Part shown: positions 37,753 through 46,677 of the stretch, in pieces
Layout of the letters: the number at the start of each line of letters is the position of its first letter
Numbering within the stretch: position 1 is the stretch's first letter
Source of the DNA: Candidatus Hydrogenedentota bacterium
GTDB taxonomy: Bacteria > Hydrogenedentota > Hydrogenedentia > Hydrogenedentales > SLHB01
Assembly (NCBI GenBank): GCA_052033955.1
Contig: JBPOJD010000003.1
Coordinates: forward strand, 23,128 to 87,127
Direction of reading: 5' to 3'
DNA: 64,000 nucleotides
The notes under the pieces: model-generated
Database searches by the model: none
The model's input: only the letters and a program-made list of their open reading frames with translations
Told to the model about the DNA's origin: nothing
Position numbers and translations under genes: made by a program

Positions 37753-39155
37753 GCCAGTGCCTCCCCTTCTGAGACGCCACGTCCGAGGTGAACTGGCGTC
37801 TGCCGGGGCACGGGCGCCTGTTCTGGTTGCGCCAAGACCGCCGGAAGCGCGCAACAGAGCGCCCAGAAGCACCAGAAGGCGACGGAGGTGAAGCCGCGGC
37901 TGCTGGTGATCGCCGTCTCGACGAAGTTCGACAGCAGGCACTGCACCATCACAATGACCACGACCGCCTTCAGGTCGCCGGGCGGAAGGTGCAGAGCTCT
38001 TATCAAGGGCAGCACGAGGATGATCATCCAGACCAGTCCACCCACGAGCCCCATGCCGATCACGGCATTCAGGTAGCCATTGTGGAGCGATGTGCGCGCG
38101 CTGCCCCAGGTCGACTCCATCTGCTTGGTCGAAAAACGTGGGTCGGTCCATACCTCGCCGCCTACCTCGTAGCCGTAGCCGCGAAGCGGGCGCTGCCCGA
38201 TGAGGGCCAGGCTGGGCCCCCAGAACTGTTCGCGCCCGGTGAGATCGGTGATCGTGCGTGTGGCGGCCTGATCGCGCTCGAGACTGGGCACCACCGCCGC
38301 GGACAGAAGCACCAGCGGTACCCCGACGACAACGGCCGTCAGGCTGAAACGAAGGCCCTGTCCCAAGAGGACGTGCCAGAGCAGGACCGCGGCCACGGCA
38401 CACCCGATGGATGACCGGGAGCCTGACAGGAGGAGCAGCCCCCATGCGAGCCCGAACATGGCGCCGAAGAAGGTCTTGCCGAAACCGGCCGAGCGCCGGT
38501 ACCGCCACATGAGCAGCGATATGGCGATCATGCACAGTCCGCCAAGCATGTTGGGGTGGCCCGTGATGCCCTGATACCGGTTCGGAGACTGCCACCACCA
38601 CACCTGGGACGGCGCGAACACCAGTGCCGCCGCGTTGATCACCAGCCCGGCGCATGACAGCACGGTAAGCAGCGCTAAGATGCGCTCGACACCGGACCGC
38701 TCCTGGGCCATCGCATACAAGCCAAGGAGGAAGGCCAGGAAGACGATGGCCTCGGACGCCCGAATGAAAGTAAAAGCGGGATTGATGCTGTACCACGTGG
38801 TGACCAACGCCGCACCAAAGAATGCGCCGGCCATCGTGAAGACCGGCGGCACGGGGAGTTCCTGCCGCGAGCGGACGCGCAGGCAGGCGGCGGCTCCTGC
38901 GAGCCCGGCGACAAGAATGATCGCCATGCGGACGTAGGTGCTGATCTCAGTGGATTCGGCGAACTCGAGAAACTCGTTGAAGCGCAGTTCCTCATTTGAT
39001 GAGGTCAACCAGTGGGCCCACGGGGATATCCACACGAGCCCGGCCATGATCTCGAAGCGGCGCAGCGAGTGCGCGAAGACGACCGCGACAGTCAGCGCGC
39101 CGCACAGTGCCAAAAGGGCGCTCACCACGAGGCCATGTTGCACCAGGAACGTCAT
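37749..39155 (-). CDS. O-antigen ligase/polymerase-like membrane protein (Wzy_C domain)
   Basis: Multi-transmembrane protein whose periplasmic loop carries GSRSSIGCAVAAVLLWHVLL ... HNGYLNAVIGMGLVG, typical of O-antigen ligase/Wzy. ATG at 39155 (MTFLVQHGLVVSALLAL). Confidence 0.7.
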   Translation of the reverse strand: MTFLVQHGLVVSALLALCGALTVAVVFAHSLRRFEIMAGLVWISPWAHWLTSSNEELRFNEFLEFAESTEISTYVRMAIILVAGLAGAAACLRVRSRQELPVPPVFTMAGAFFGAALVTTWYSINPAFTFIRASEAIVFLAFLLGLYAMAQERSGVERILALLTVLSCAGLVINAAALVFAPSQVWWWQSPNRYQGITGHPNMLGGLCMIAISLLMWRYRRSAGFGKTFFGAMFGLAWGLLLLSGSRSSIGCAVAAVLLWHVLLGQGLRFSLTAVVVGVPLVLLSAAVVPSLERDQAATRTITDLTGREQFWGPSLALIGQRPLRGYGYEVGGEVWTDPRFSTKQMESTWGSARTSLHNGYLNAVIGMGLVGGLVWMIILVLPLIRALHLPPGDLKAVVVIVMVQCLLSNFVETAITSSRGFTSVAFWCFWALCCALPAVLAQPEQAPVPRQTPVHLGRGVSEGEALA

Positions 39156-39174
39156 GGCGTGTCCCCGTGTACTG

Positions 39175-40629
39175 TCAGCGATCGGCCCATGCCAACGCTC
39201 CCCGGAGCGCGGTGCGCTCCTGTGCGGTCCAAAAAGGTCCCAGCCAGACCACGGCCGTGCAGGCCGCGAAGAAGGCGCCGATGCCGCCGAGGAACAGGGG
39301 GACGGTGGCGTGGCGCAGCGCGAAGGCCGCCATGAGCAGGGCGCCAAACACGCAGCACAGCAGAAAGAGTCGTCCCCACTCGACATGCTCGACAAGGTTC
39401 AGCCGGCGCATGCCCAGCGCCAGCTCAACGGAGTCAGCGAATAAGGCCGCCGATGTCGAGGCGATGACCGCGCCGTGCCATCCGAAGCGGGGAATCAGCA
39501 CGAGGCTCAGGACCACACAGGCCGCACCGCACGAGGAGTTGAGCGCGGCGAGCACGCTGGTGCGACGCGCGGCGCCCAGCAGCGTCTCGCCGAAGTAATG
39601 AAGGCCCATGAGCGCCTGTCCCGGCAGGAGCCACAGCATCACGATGAAGGCATCGGAGTAGGTTGGGGGCGCGACGAGCGGCAGCAGCAGCCGCGTCCCG
39701 ACTATGATGGCGAAGGAGAAGGTCGTGGTGACCAGCACGAGATAGGTCAGCAGGCGTGCCACATTGCGTTCAATCCCCGGGTTGCCCAGATTACCGTACA
39801 CGTAGGGCTGGAACGCCAGCTGGAACGGCAGAAAGACGCCTATCGCGGTCAGGGTGGCGAACTTGTAGCCGAGCGAGAACACGGCGACCGTGGTCAGGCC
39901 TGCGGAATAGCTGAGGACGTACAGACTTACGCCGTAAATCGTCGATTGCCCCGCGGACGAAATAACGAGCGGGCCGCCAAAACGCAGGAAGACGGGCAGC
40001 AGCGTTCGGGACACGCGGACGCCACGCCGGGGAAAGATGTCCAGCGCGACGATGATGTAGACCATGCAGTACGTCGCGATGTACGCGTACAGCGCGCCGC
40101 GAACGCCGAGGCGGAGCACATACAGCGCGATGATGGTGTTCACGAGGAGGATCAGGCCGCTGCCCAGACCGACGCCGATGAAGCGGCGGGAGAGGTTATG
40201 GGCGCGGTAATACGACATGATCTGGAGGGTGAGCGTCTGGGCGAGCGCCGCGACACAGGTCAGTCCGATCAGGGCGAGCACCGTGTCGGTGTGCAGGATG
40301 ACCCGGAAGAGGTTGGGCAACAGCAGGACGGCGACGCCGGTCACGACGGCGCCGCCCATCAGCACAATGACCGTGCAGGTGCCCAGCAGGTGGCTGATGC
40401 GGCCGGCTTCCTCGCATTCCTTGGTGAATCGCAGCGCGGTCTCGCCCATTCCGACGTTCATCAGAAACAGCATGAAGTGGATGGTGATCTGGAGCGTCGC
40501 CCACATGCCGAAGTCGTCCATGGACAGGCAGTAGGTGTAGACCGGCGTCAACAGCAGCGAGGCGGTCCGCATTCCGATGTTGCCGAGCCCGTACAGCGCG
40601 GCATCTTTGAAGAAACCCGACAGTTTCAT
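39175..40629 (-). CDS. Oligosaccharide flippase (Wzx / polysaccharide biosynthesis protein)
   Basis: MKLSGFFKDAALYGLGNIGMRTASLLLTPVYTYCLSMDDFGMW is a typical PST-family start. About 12-14 transmembrane helices. Its ATG at 40629 overlaps the stop of the upstream oxidoreductase. Confidence 0.75.
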   Translation of the reverse strand: MKLSGFFKDAALYGLGNIGMRTASLLLTPVYTYCLSMDDFGMWATLQITIHFMLFLMNVGMGETALRFTKECEEAGRISHLLGTCTVIVLMGGAVVTGVAVLLLPNLFRVILHTDTVLALIGLTCVAALAQTLTLQIMSYYRAHNLSRRFIGVGLGSGLILLVNTIIALYVLRLGVRGALYAYIATYCMVYIIVALDIFPRRGVRVSRTLLPVFLRFGGPLVISSAGQSTIYGVSLYVLSYSAGLTTVAVFSLGYKFATLTAIGVFLPFQLAFQPYVYGNLGNPGIERNVARLLTYLVLVTTTFSFAIIVGTRLLLPLVAPPTYSDAFIVMLWLLPGQALMGLHYFGETLLGAARRTSVLAALNSSCGAACVVLSLVLIPRFGWHGAVIASTSAALFADSVELALGMRRLNLVEHVEWGRLFLLCCVFGALLMAAFALRHATVPLFLGGIGAFFAACTAVVWLGPFWTAQERTALRGALAWADR

Positions 40630-41807
40630 GCGATATGCCGTCCGGTGTCGCTCGCAACCGGCGCGGCGGCCGGCGCTCCCTTGGACTGAAGGGCCGCATG
40701 GGCGACGTGCGCGATGGAGGAACCATTTACCGGTTCGGGCCTCATGGGGACCGCTGCCGCCGGTTTCATCGCCCAGACGGCGCGGCGCCCATTGGTCGCC
40801 ACCTTGCCGCCGCCGTTCCGGAGGGAGGCGGTCGAGGCCTCGAGCACCCGCACGACGGCCAGCCCGTTGGCGCCGTCGCTCAGGGGGGTCTTGCCTTCGC
40901 GCAGGCACTCGACGAAGTGCTGGCACTCGATCTTGAGCGGTTCCTGCTCGCGGATGTAGGGACAATGCATGTCGCCGTAGTGATACGAGTACTGAAAGTC
41001 GGCGTAGGTATCGTAGTGCGGCGGCACCTCGACGTGTTTGTCGTAGATCTTGATCTTCTCGACGGGTGCGATGTCGTCGTAGACAAGCATCTTACGGGTG
41101 CCGACAAAGGTCATCTCGCGGGTCTTGTTCGGGTCGAGCCAACTGCTCTGGACCATGGCGAGGACGCCCGAGGGGAAGCTCAGCGTCATGTTGGTGACAT
41201 CCTCGATGCCGCGCGCGATACCGGCCTTGCCCTGGCAGGCGACGAACTCGGGGTCTTCGCCGACGACATGGATGATGATGGAGATGTCGTGGGGGGCAAG
41301 ATCCCAGGTGACGTTGATGTCCTTCTGGAAGAGCCCGAGGTTCAACCGGCGCGAGGTGACGTAGAGCAGCGTGCCCAGTTCGCCGGAGTCCACGATTTCC
41401 TTGATGGCGCGGACCGGACTCGAGTACAGGAAGGTGTGGCCGACCATCAGGGTCAGGCCCTTCTTCTGGGCCAGCCCGATCAGGGTGCGGCATTCGGCCG
41501 AGGACGCGGCCATCGGTTTCTCGATGAAGGTGTGTTTCCCGGCGCTCAGTGCCTTCTTTGCCAAGGCGAAGTGGGCCTGCACGGGGGTGACGATGGCCAC
41601 GGCATGGATGTCCGGGTTGCCCGTGACGTCATTGAAGTCCGAGGTGGTGGTGACCTGGGGCCAGAGGCCCTTCATGTGGGCAAGCCGGCTGGGGTTTGCG
41701 TCGCACAGCATCGTCACTTGGCAGTCCGGTGCGGAATTGAAGTTCCGCACCAGGTTTGGGCCCCAGTACCCGCACCCCACGACGGCGACATTGCATGTGG
41801 CGTTCAT
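40626..41807 (-). CDS. Gfo/Idh/MocA-family NAD-dependent oxidoreductase (WbpB-like UDP-sugar 3-dehydrogenase)
   Basis: MNATCNVAVVGCGYWGPNLVRNFNSAPDCQVTMLCDANPSRLAHMKG ... EKPMAASSAECRTLIGLAQKKGLTLMVGHTF is the Gfo/Idh/MocA N-terminal Rossmann fold plus its C-terminal domain. Start at ATG 41807. Confidence 0.8.
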   Translation of the reverse strand: MNATCNVAVVGCGYWGPNLVRNFNSAPDCQVTMLCDANPSRLAHMKGLWPQVTTTSDFNDVTGNPDIHAVAIVTPVQAHFALAKKALSAGKHTFIEKPMAASSAECRTLIGLAQKKGLTLMVGHTFLYSSPVRAIKEIVDSGELGTLLYVTSRRLNLGLFQKDINVTWDLAPHDISIIIHVVGEDPEFVACQGKAGIARGIEDVTNMTLSFPSGVLAMVQSSWLDPNKTREMTFVGTRKMLVYDDIAPVEKIKIYDKHVEVPPHYDTYADFQYSYHYGDMHCPYIREQEPLKIECQHFVECLREGKTPLSDGANGLAVVRVLEASTASLRNGGGKVATNGRRAVWAMKPAAAVPMRPEPVNGSSIAHVAHAALQSKGAPAAAPVASDTGRHIA

Positions 41808-41812
41808 TACAG

Positions 41813-42892
41813 TCACTCCTTTCCGAAGAGAAGATCGTTGAATTGGCTGCCGACCGTCGGCAGCGTCTTGAGCAGTATCCAAAGGTCCGACCACAGCGAA
41901 AACGTGCGGGCGTACCGGATATCCAGCCGGACCATTTCGTGAAAGGTGAGCCGGTTCTTGCCGCTGACCTGCCACAGGCCTGTCATGCCCGGGACGCAGT
42001 CAAAACGCGCGGCGTGCCACGCGGCGTAGGCCTCGACCTCGTAGGGGATGGCGGGCCGCGGGCCGATCAGGCTCATTTCCCCGCAGAGGACATTGAAGAG
42101 CTGCGGGAGTTCATCCAGACAGAGCGAACGCAGCAGGCGCGCGAAGGGGATAAGCTGCGGATCGTACTCGAGCTTGACCATCGGGCGTTGGACGTCGCCG
42201 CGGCACACGCCATTGCCCTGGATGAGTTCGGTGACGTGACGGCGGTGGATTGCCGTGTCGGCGTGCACCCGCATGGTGCGGAATTTCCACATGCGGAACG
42301 GGAATCCGCGGAACCCGACGCGCTCCTGCGAGAATAATACCGGCCCCGGCGACGCGATCTTGACGTAGAGAGCCAGTGCCGCAAAAAGGGGCGCCAGCAG
42401 AATCAGTCCGATCAGCGCGCCGGTGACGTCCATCGCCCGTTTCCAGCGCGGCAGTGGGCGCCCGAAGAGCGCTTCGGCCGGCATGCACGGCGGGGAGTTC
42501 ACTGCGGCGTCCGGCGCCGTCTCGCGGCCCGTTGTCGTGGGATACACGAACATCGAGCACAGGATCCGCGGGACGGGCGTTCCGGCAGGCAGCCGTGTGG
42601 CGGCCGCTTCCGCGAAGGCCGCCTCGATCGATGCCATCACGCTTTGCGCGCCCGCCTGCCGGGCATTGGGGAGCAGGAGGCCGATGGCGTGGTGGCGCGG
42701 GTCCTCCCAGCCGGCGATGTCGCTCTTGCGGTGGCGTGCGGCAACGGTCTCGGCGAGAAGGGTGAGCCACGTCCGTTTGCCGGGACGGGATCCCTCGATG
42801 CGGAACCGCAGGAACGCGAACGGCCGTTCCGATCGGTCGGCGTAGGCGCGATGCTGCACCAGTGCCCGGGCCAGGGCCTCGCTGGACAACAT
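41813..42892 (-). CDS. Polyprenyl-phosphate sugar transferase (bacterial sugar transferase, WbaP/EpsB-like) with an N-terminal degenerate GGDEF-like domain
   Basis: C-terminal LIGLILLAPLFAALALYVKIASPGPVLFSQERVGFRGFPFRMWKFRTM...DELPQLFNVLCGEMSLIGPRP is the Bac_transf domain. The N-terminal region ERPFAFLRFRIEG...KSDIAGWEDPRHHAIGLLLPNARQAGAQSVMASIEAAF resembles GGDEF, with GWEDP in place of GGDEF. Start at ATG 42892 (MLSSEALARAL...). Confidence 0.75.
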   Translation of the reverse strand: MLSSEALARALVQHRAYADRSERPFAFLRFRIEGSRPGKRTWLTLLAETVAARHRKSDIAGWEDPRHHAIGLLLPNARQAGAQSVMASIEAAFAEAAATRLPAGTPVPRILCSMFVYPTTTGRETAPDAAVNSPPCMPAEALFGRPLPRWKRAMDVTGALIGLILLAPLFAALALYVKIASPGPVLFSQERVGFRGFPFRMWKFRTMRVHADTAIHRRHVTELIQGNGVCRGDVQRPMVKLEYDPQLIPFARLLRSLCLDELPQLFNVLCGEMSLIGPRPAIPYEVEAYAAWHAARFDCVPGMTGLWQVSGKNRLTFHEMVRLDIRYARTFSLWSDLWILLKTLPTVGSQFNDLLFGKE

Positions 42893-42958
42893 CCCGGCGC
42901 TGGGGGGCGGGTCAGACGCGCGCTGTGTTCCCCCTGTGCGTGCGTGCGTACCGTTGCC

Positions 42959-43648
42959 GTGTCCTTGCATGGCGTGTTCCTGGCGCTACAGGCGCTGGTA
43001 GAGGAACTCGGGGATGTACTGCCGTTGATTGCTCAGGATGGCCCCGAGAATCCGGCCGTTGTTCGCGACGATCTGTTCCGCCTGGTGTTTGACGGCCTGC
43101 CACCGGGCCCTCTCGGCTTCGACGACCAGCACGACGCCGTCCGCCGCGCCGCACAGAAGCTGAGTGCGCGCGGGCAGCCCGCCGAGGGCCGCATCCACCA
43201 GCACCCAGTCGAACGTTTCGCGCCACTGGGCGCAGAGCCGGTCCACATCGGCGGGGTCGCCCGCCGCGGCGGTCGCCGCATCCACGGCATCCGGGCGTGA
43301 GCCGTTGTTTCCGTTAACAGGCGCTTCCGGCCATGCCGGGTCGTTCTTGTGAAGCCCGTTGCCCATGACGCGCCCACCCACGACGAGCACTCGCTTCTTG
43401 AGGCAGCACTCCGCCGTCCTGGCGACCAAGGTCAGCACAGGCGTCCCGTTCGGCTGCGCGGGCACGGAGACGAAGGCCAGCACGGCGCCGCGTGAACGGT
43501 CGAGCTGTGCATCGATGCGCTTGCATGCCCCAAGGAGGCTCTCGTCAATCTCCGCCAAGGGAAGCGGGGGGACGGCGGCAACCGGGGCGGTCTCGACGGG
43601 TTGTGCGCGGTCTTTACTGGCCTGTTGCAGGGCTTCGTAGATCTTCGT
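42959..43648 (-). CDS. BY-kinase-like (ParA/MinD-fold) protein with a degenerate Walker A motif
   Basis: MTKIYEALQQASKDR ... VLAFVSVPAQPNGTPVLTLVARTAE ... DWVLVDAALGGLPARTQLLCGAADGVVLVVEAERARWQAVKHQAEQIVANNGRILGAILSNQ has the architecture of an EPS tyrosine autokinase C-terminal domain. The Walker A GK(S/T) is replaced by PNGT. Confidence 0.5.
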
Positions 43649-45126
43649 CATGGCTGGCGGGACTCCCATTCCGGCACGCCGGGTTCTTCCGCTGCGAGCA
43701 AACTGTCCGCTGCGTTGTCCGGCATGGACGCCGGGAAGACGATCTCCTGTCCGACGTGGATCACATCCACGTTCTGTATTCCGGGGTTGTGACGCTGCAC
43801 GAATTCGATCATCGTGCCGTTGCAGTACCCATAGATCTCCGTGATCAGGCGTGTGAGGCAGTCTCCTTGGCCCGCGACGCGGCGCAGCTCCGCCGGAGCC
43901 TGAGCCGGAGCCGGAGCGGGCGCGGAGGCGAGGGTAGCCTGTTGGACCGGGGCCTCGACCGGCGGCAGGTCGACGCGCTCCACCGCCGGGGCAATCGCTG
44001 GCGGCCCGGGCGAAACCGGTGCGGCCGCGGGCTCGGGCGCCGTCGTAGCGGCTTGGGTGTCGCCAACATGGGGAACAGAAAGGGGAATCGGGCTGGGGAC
44101 CGCGGCCAGGTGAGTGCTGTCCGGAGCGATCTCGGCGTCCGCCGCATAGGTGCGGGGCAGCACATTTCCGTCATTCGACGACTCGGCGGTCGTGACGAGG
44201 GGGCTTCCAGCCGCATCCAGGCCGGACCGGATCCCCAGGCCCGATAGCAGACCAACAACCAGCACCACGAGGGCGAGGGCCGCGACACTCCGCGTGCGCC
44301 GCGCCGCCGGAACCGGAGCGGCCCCGGAGAGTTCGCGGGCGACCCGTGCGGCGATGCGCGCCGGCACCGGGCGGCGCTGGCTTCCGTACCCGGCGATGAG
44401 GGCGTTGTCGCAGAGGATGTTCAGGGTGCGCGGGATGCCCTTGGCGCGAAGGGTGATCGCGGACAGGGCCCGCAGCGAGAAGACGGGTCCCAGCGCGCCC
44501 GCCTTATCGAGGCGAAAGCGGATGTACTCGGTGCTCTCCCTCGGGGACAGCGGCTGGATCGCCGCCCGCACGGCGATGCGCTGTTTGAGCTGGCGGAGGG
44601 CGTAGAGGTCCAGCTTGTGGTCCAGCTCCGGCTGTCCCACAAGCACGATTTGTAGGAGTTTCTCCTGTTCGGTTTCGAGGTTTGACAGGAGCCGGAGCTT
44701 TTCCAGCGTCTCGACGGGCATGTTCTGTGCCTCGTCGATAAGCAGGACCACATTGCGTCCCTGGGTGAACTCTGCGATGAGCTGCATCTGAAGCCGTTCG
44801 AGCGGACTCGCCAGGCCGTCATCACCGGCAGGGGCCCCCAGTTCGCGAAGCAGCAGGGCCAGGAGGGCGTCGTAGGTGATATCCGGGTCGAAGAGGTAGA
44901 TCGGATGGACGCCGCTGCCTTGGGCCATGCTCAGATAGGCCCGCAGTACCGTCGTCTTGCCCGTGCCGACCTCGCCGGTCACGACGACGAATCCCTTGCG
45001 GGCGTTCACGCCGTATACGACCGAGGCGAAGGCCTCGCGGTGGCTCGGGCTCAGGTAGAGGAACTTCGGATCCGGTGTGATCCGGAACGCCTCCTCGGAG
45101 AGTTGATAGAAGTCCAGGTACATCAC
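43648..45126 (-). CDS. ExeA/GspA-like AAA ATPase (EPS/exosortase-locus secretion ATPase family)
   Basis: MMYLDFYQLSEEAFRITPDPKFLYLSPSHREAFASVVYGVNARKGFVVVTGEVGTGKTTVLRAYL (Walker A) ... LLIDEAQNMPVETLEKLRLLSN (Walker B). Ala/Pro-rich linker, then a C-terminal probable peptidoglycan-binding module. Confidence 0.75.
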   Translation of the reverse strand: MMYLDFYQLSEEAFRITPDPKFLYLSPSHREAFASVVYGVNARKGFVVVTGEVGTGKTTVLRAYLSMAQGSGVHPIYLFDPDITYDALLALLLRELGAPAGDDGLASPLERLQMQLIAEFTQGRNVVLLIDEAQNMPVETLEKLRLLSNLETEQEKLLQIVLVGQPELDHKLDLYALRQLKQRIAVRAAIQPLSPRESTEYIRFRLDKAGALGPVFSLRALSAITLRAKGIPRTLNILCDNALIAGYGSQRRPVPARIAARVARELSGAAPVPAARRTRSVAALALVVLVVGLLSGLGIRSGLDAAGSPLVTTAESSNDGNVLPRTYAADAEIAPDSTHLAAVPSPIPLSVPHVGDTQAATTAPEPAAAPVSPGPPAIAPAVERVDLPPVEAPVQQATLASAPAPAPAQAPAELRRVAGQGDCLTRLITEIYGYCNGTMIEFVQRHNPGIQNVDVIHVGQEIVFPASMPDNAADSLLAAEEPGVPEWESRQP

Positions 45127-46664
45127 GTGTAACTCTTCTCCCGCAGGACGGCGAGCACCGGAATCCCGAGCGATTTCTCGAGTTGCTCGCGCGACCGGAC
45201 GGAGCTGTCGAAGTGGTCACGCACAAAGGCCAGGGTAACCGCCAGAAAGAGGGCGGCGATCATGCCGAGGACGATATCGACCGGCTTGTTGGGGCGAACC
45301 GGTGCGGGAAACACCGTGGCCGCCTGCACTACGCTGATGTTCGAGACGCGATCCATATCCATCGCGGTCGAGATGCGCGCCCGCTGAAGGCTGTCGTGAT
45401 AGTCGCGGTAGGCCTTTTCGGCCAGTTGCGCTTCGCGGGCCAGGCCGTCCAGCTCGACTTCGCGCGCCACCAGGGTGGCCAGCATATCCTCGTGCCGCGC
45501 AAGCTGGGCCAGCAACACCTCGTGCCGGGCCTTCTCCGCCTGGGCACGGGTCACCTCGCTGTCGAGTTCGAACTGGAGAGCCTCGCGCCGTTCGTCCAGC
45601 CCGGTCGTGACTTCGGTCAACGTGGCGTTCTCGGCCGCGAGCGAGGCCTCGAGCTGTGCTATCTGTTCACGGACCTGTACCAAGGGGCGATGGCTGTCGG
45701 GGTAGCGGGCCGAAAGGTCGGTTTCCTGGAGGCGCAGATCAGACAGGCGCTCCTTGAGCGAGTCGGCCGCGACGTTGGTCTTGCCGGTTGTGCGCACGAT
45801 TTCGCGGGTCGTGGGGCGGCCCGCCAACGTGTTGCGGAGGGCCGCGGCGCGGGCCTCGTGGGCGGAAGCGGCGGCCGCGGCCAGGTCCGCTTCGGACCGC
45901 GCCGAACTGATGCGCTCGATGAGCGTCGATTTCTCCTGGGCCAGGTCCGCGATGCGGTGCTGAGTGCGGAAGGCCTCGAGCGCGCGTTGCCGGTCGGTGA
46001 GTTCGGCGCCCAGAGCGCCTACCTGCGCCTCGAAGAAGTCCGGCGTGGCCTGGGTCGCATAGACCTCGATATGACGTTTCAGATAGCCCGTCACGATGTA
46101 GTCGAGCGCCTGCCGGGCGATCTCGGGATCGTGCGCCTCATAGGTGGCGCTGATAATGTTGTCGCGCTTGCCGACCTCGGCGGAGAAGCTCCGCATGACC
46201 CGCCGCACGGCCTTGTTCCGCGTCGTGACCGGCGGCAGGATGTTCAGCGCGGCGAGGGTGCCGGCGACCGCACTCTTTGCGTTTCGGACCGCAGCGCCCA
46301 CAGCGCCGGGTTCTTCGGACGACGGGCGACGCCCCAGGATCGTCTCGGGGCCAAGGGAATCGACGAGTCCTTCGGCGAGGTCACGGCTCTGGAGAATGGC
46401 GAGCTCGGAATGAACCTCATTGTCGCGGTTCACGTAGGGGTTGACCGTGGGTCCTGACACGGACGGGTCCATCGCCAGGTTCTCGCGCCCGAGCCGGATG
46501 AGCATATGGGCCTCGGCCTGGTATACCGGCGCGCGCAGACAGGTGACGACGACGACCAGCGCGGTGACGGTCGCGAAGACCACCAGGATCATCCGGCGCC
46601 GGCGAAACAGCACGGCGAGGATGTCCCGGGGAGAAGTGGTTACCGTCCCATTATTTCCAGCCAT
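45123..46664 (-). CDS. Polysaccharide chain-length determinant protein (Wzc N-terminal-type / GumC-EpsF-like, no kinase domain)
   Basis: N-terminal transmembrane helix (ILVVFATVTALVVVVTCL), Wzz domain, long coiled-coil, C-terminal transmembrane helix (IVLGMIAALFLAVTLAFV). The ATG overlaps the stop of the upstream ATPase gene. Confidence 0.75.
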   Translation of the reverse strand: MAGNNGTVTTSPRDILAVLFRRRRMILVVFATVTALVVVVTCLRAPVYQAEAHMLIRLGRENLAMDPSVSGPTVNPYVNRDNEVHSELAILQSRDLAEGLVDSLGPETILGRRPSSEEPGAVGAAVRNAKSAVAGTLAALNILPPVTTRNKAVRRVMRSFSAEVGKRDNIISATYEAHDPEIARQALDYIVTGYLKRHIEVYATQATPDFFEAQVGALGAELTDRQRALEAFRTQHRIADLAQEKSTLIERISSARSEADLAAAAASAHEARAAALRNTLAGRPTTREIVRTTGKTNVAADSLKERLSDLRLQETDLSARYPDSHRPLVQVREQIAQLEASLAAENATLTEVTTGLDERREALQFELDSEVTRAQAEKARHEVLLAQLARHEDMLATLVAREVELDGLAREAQLAEKAYRDYHDSLQRARISTAMDMDRVSNISVVQAATVFPAPVRPNKPVDIVLGMIAALFLAVTLAFVRDHFDSSVRSREQLEKSLGIPVLAVLREKSYT

Positions 46665-46677
46665 GGCAAACGTCCTC

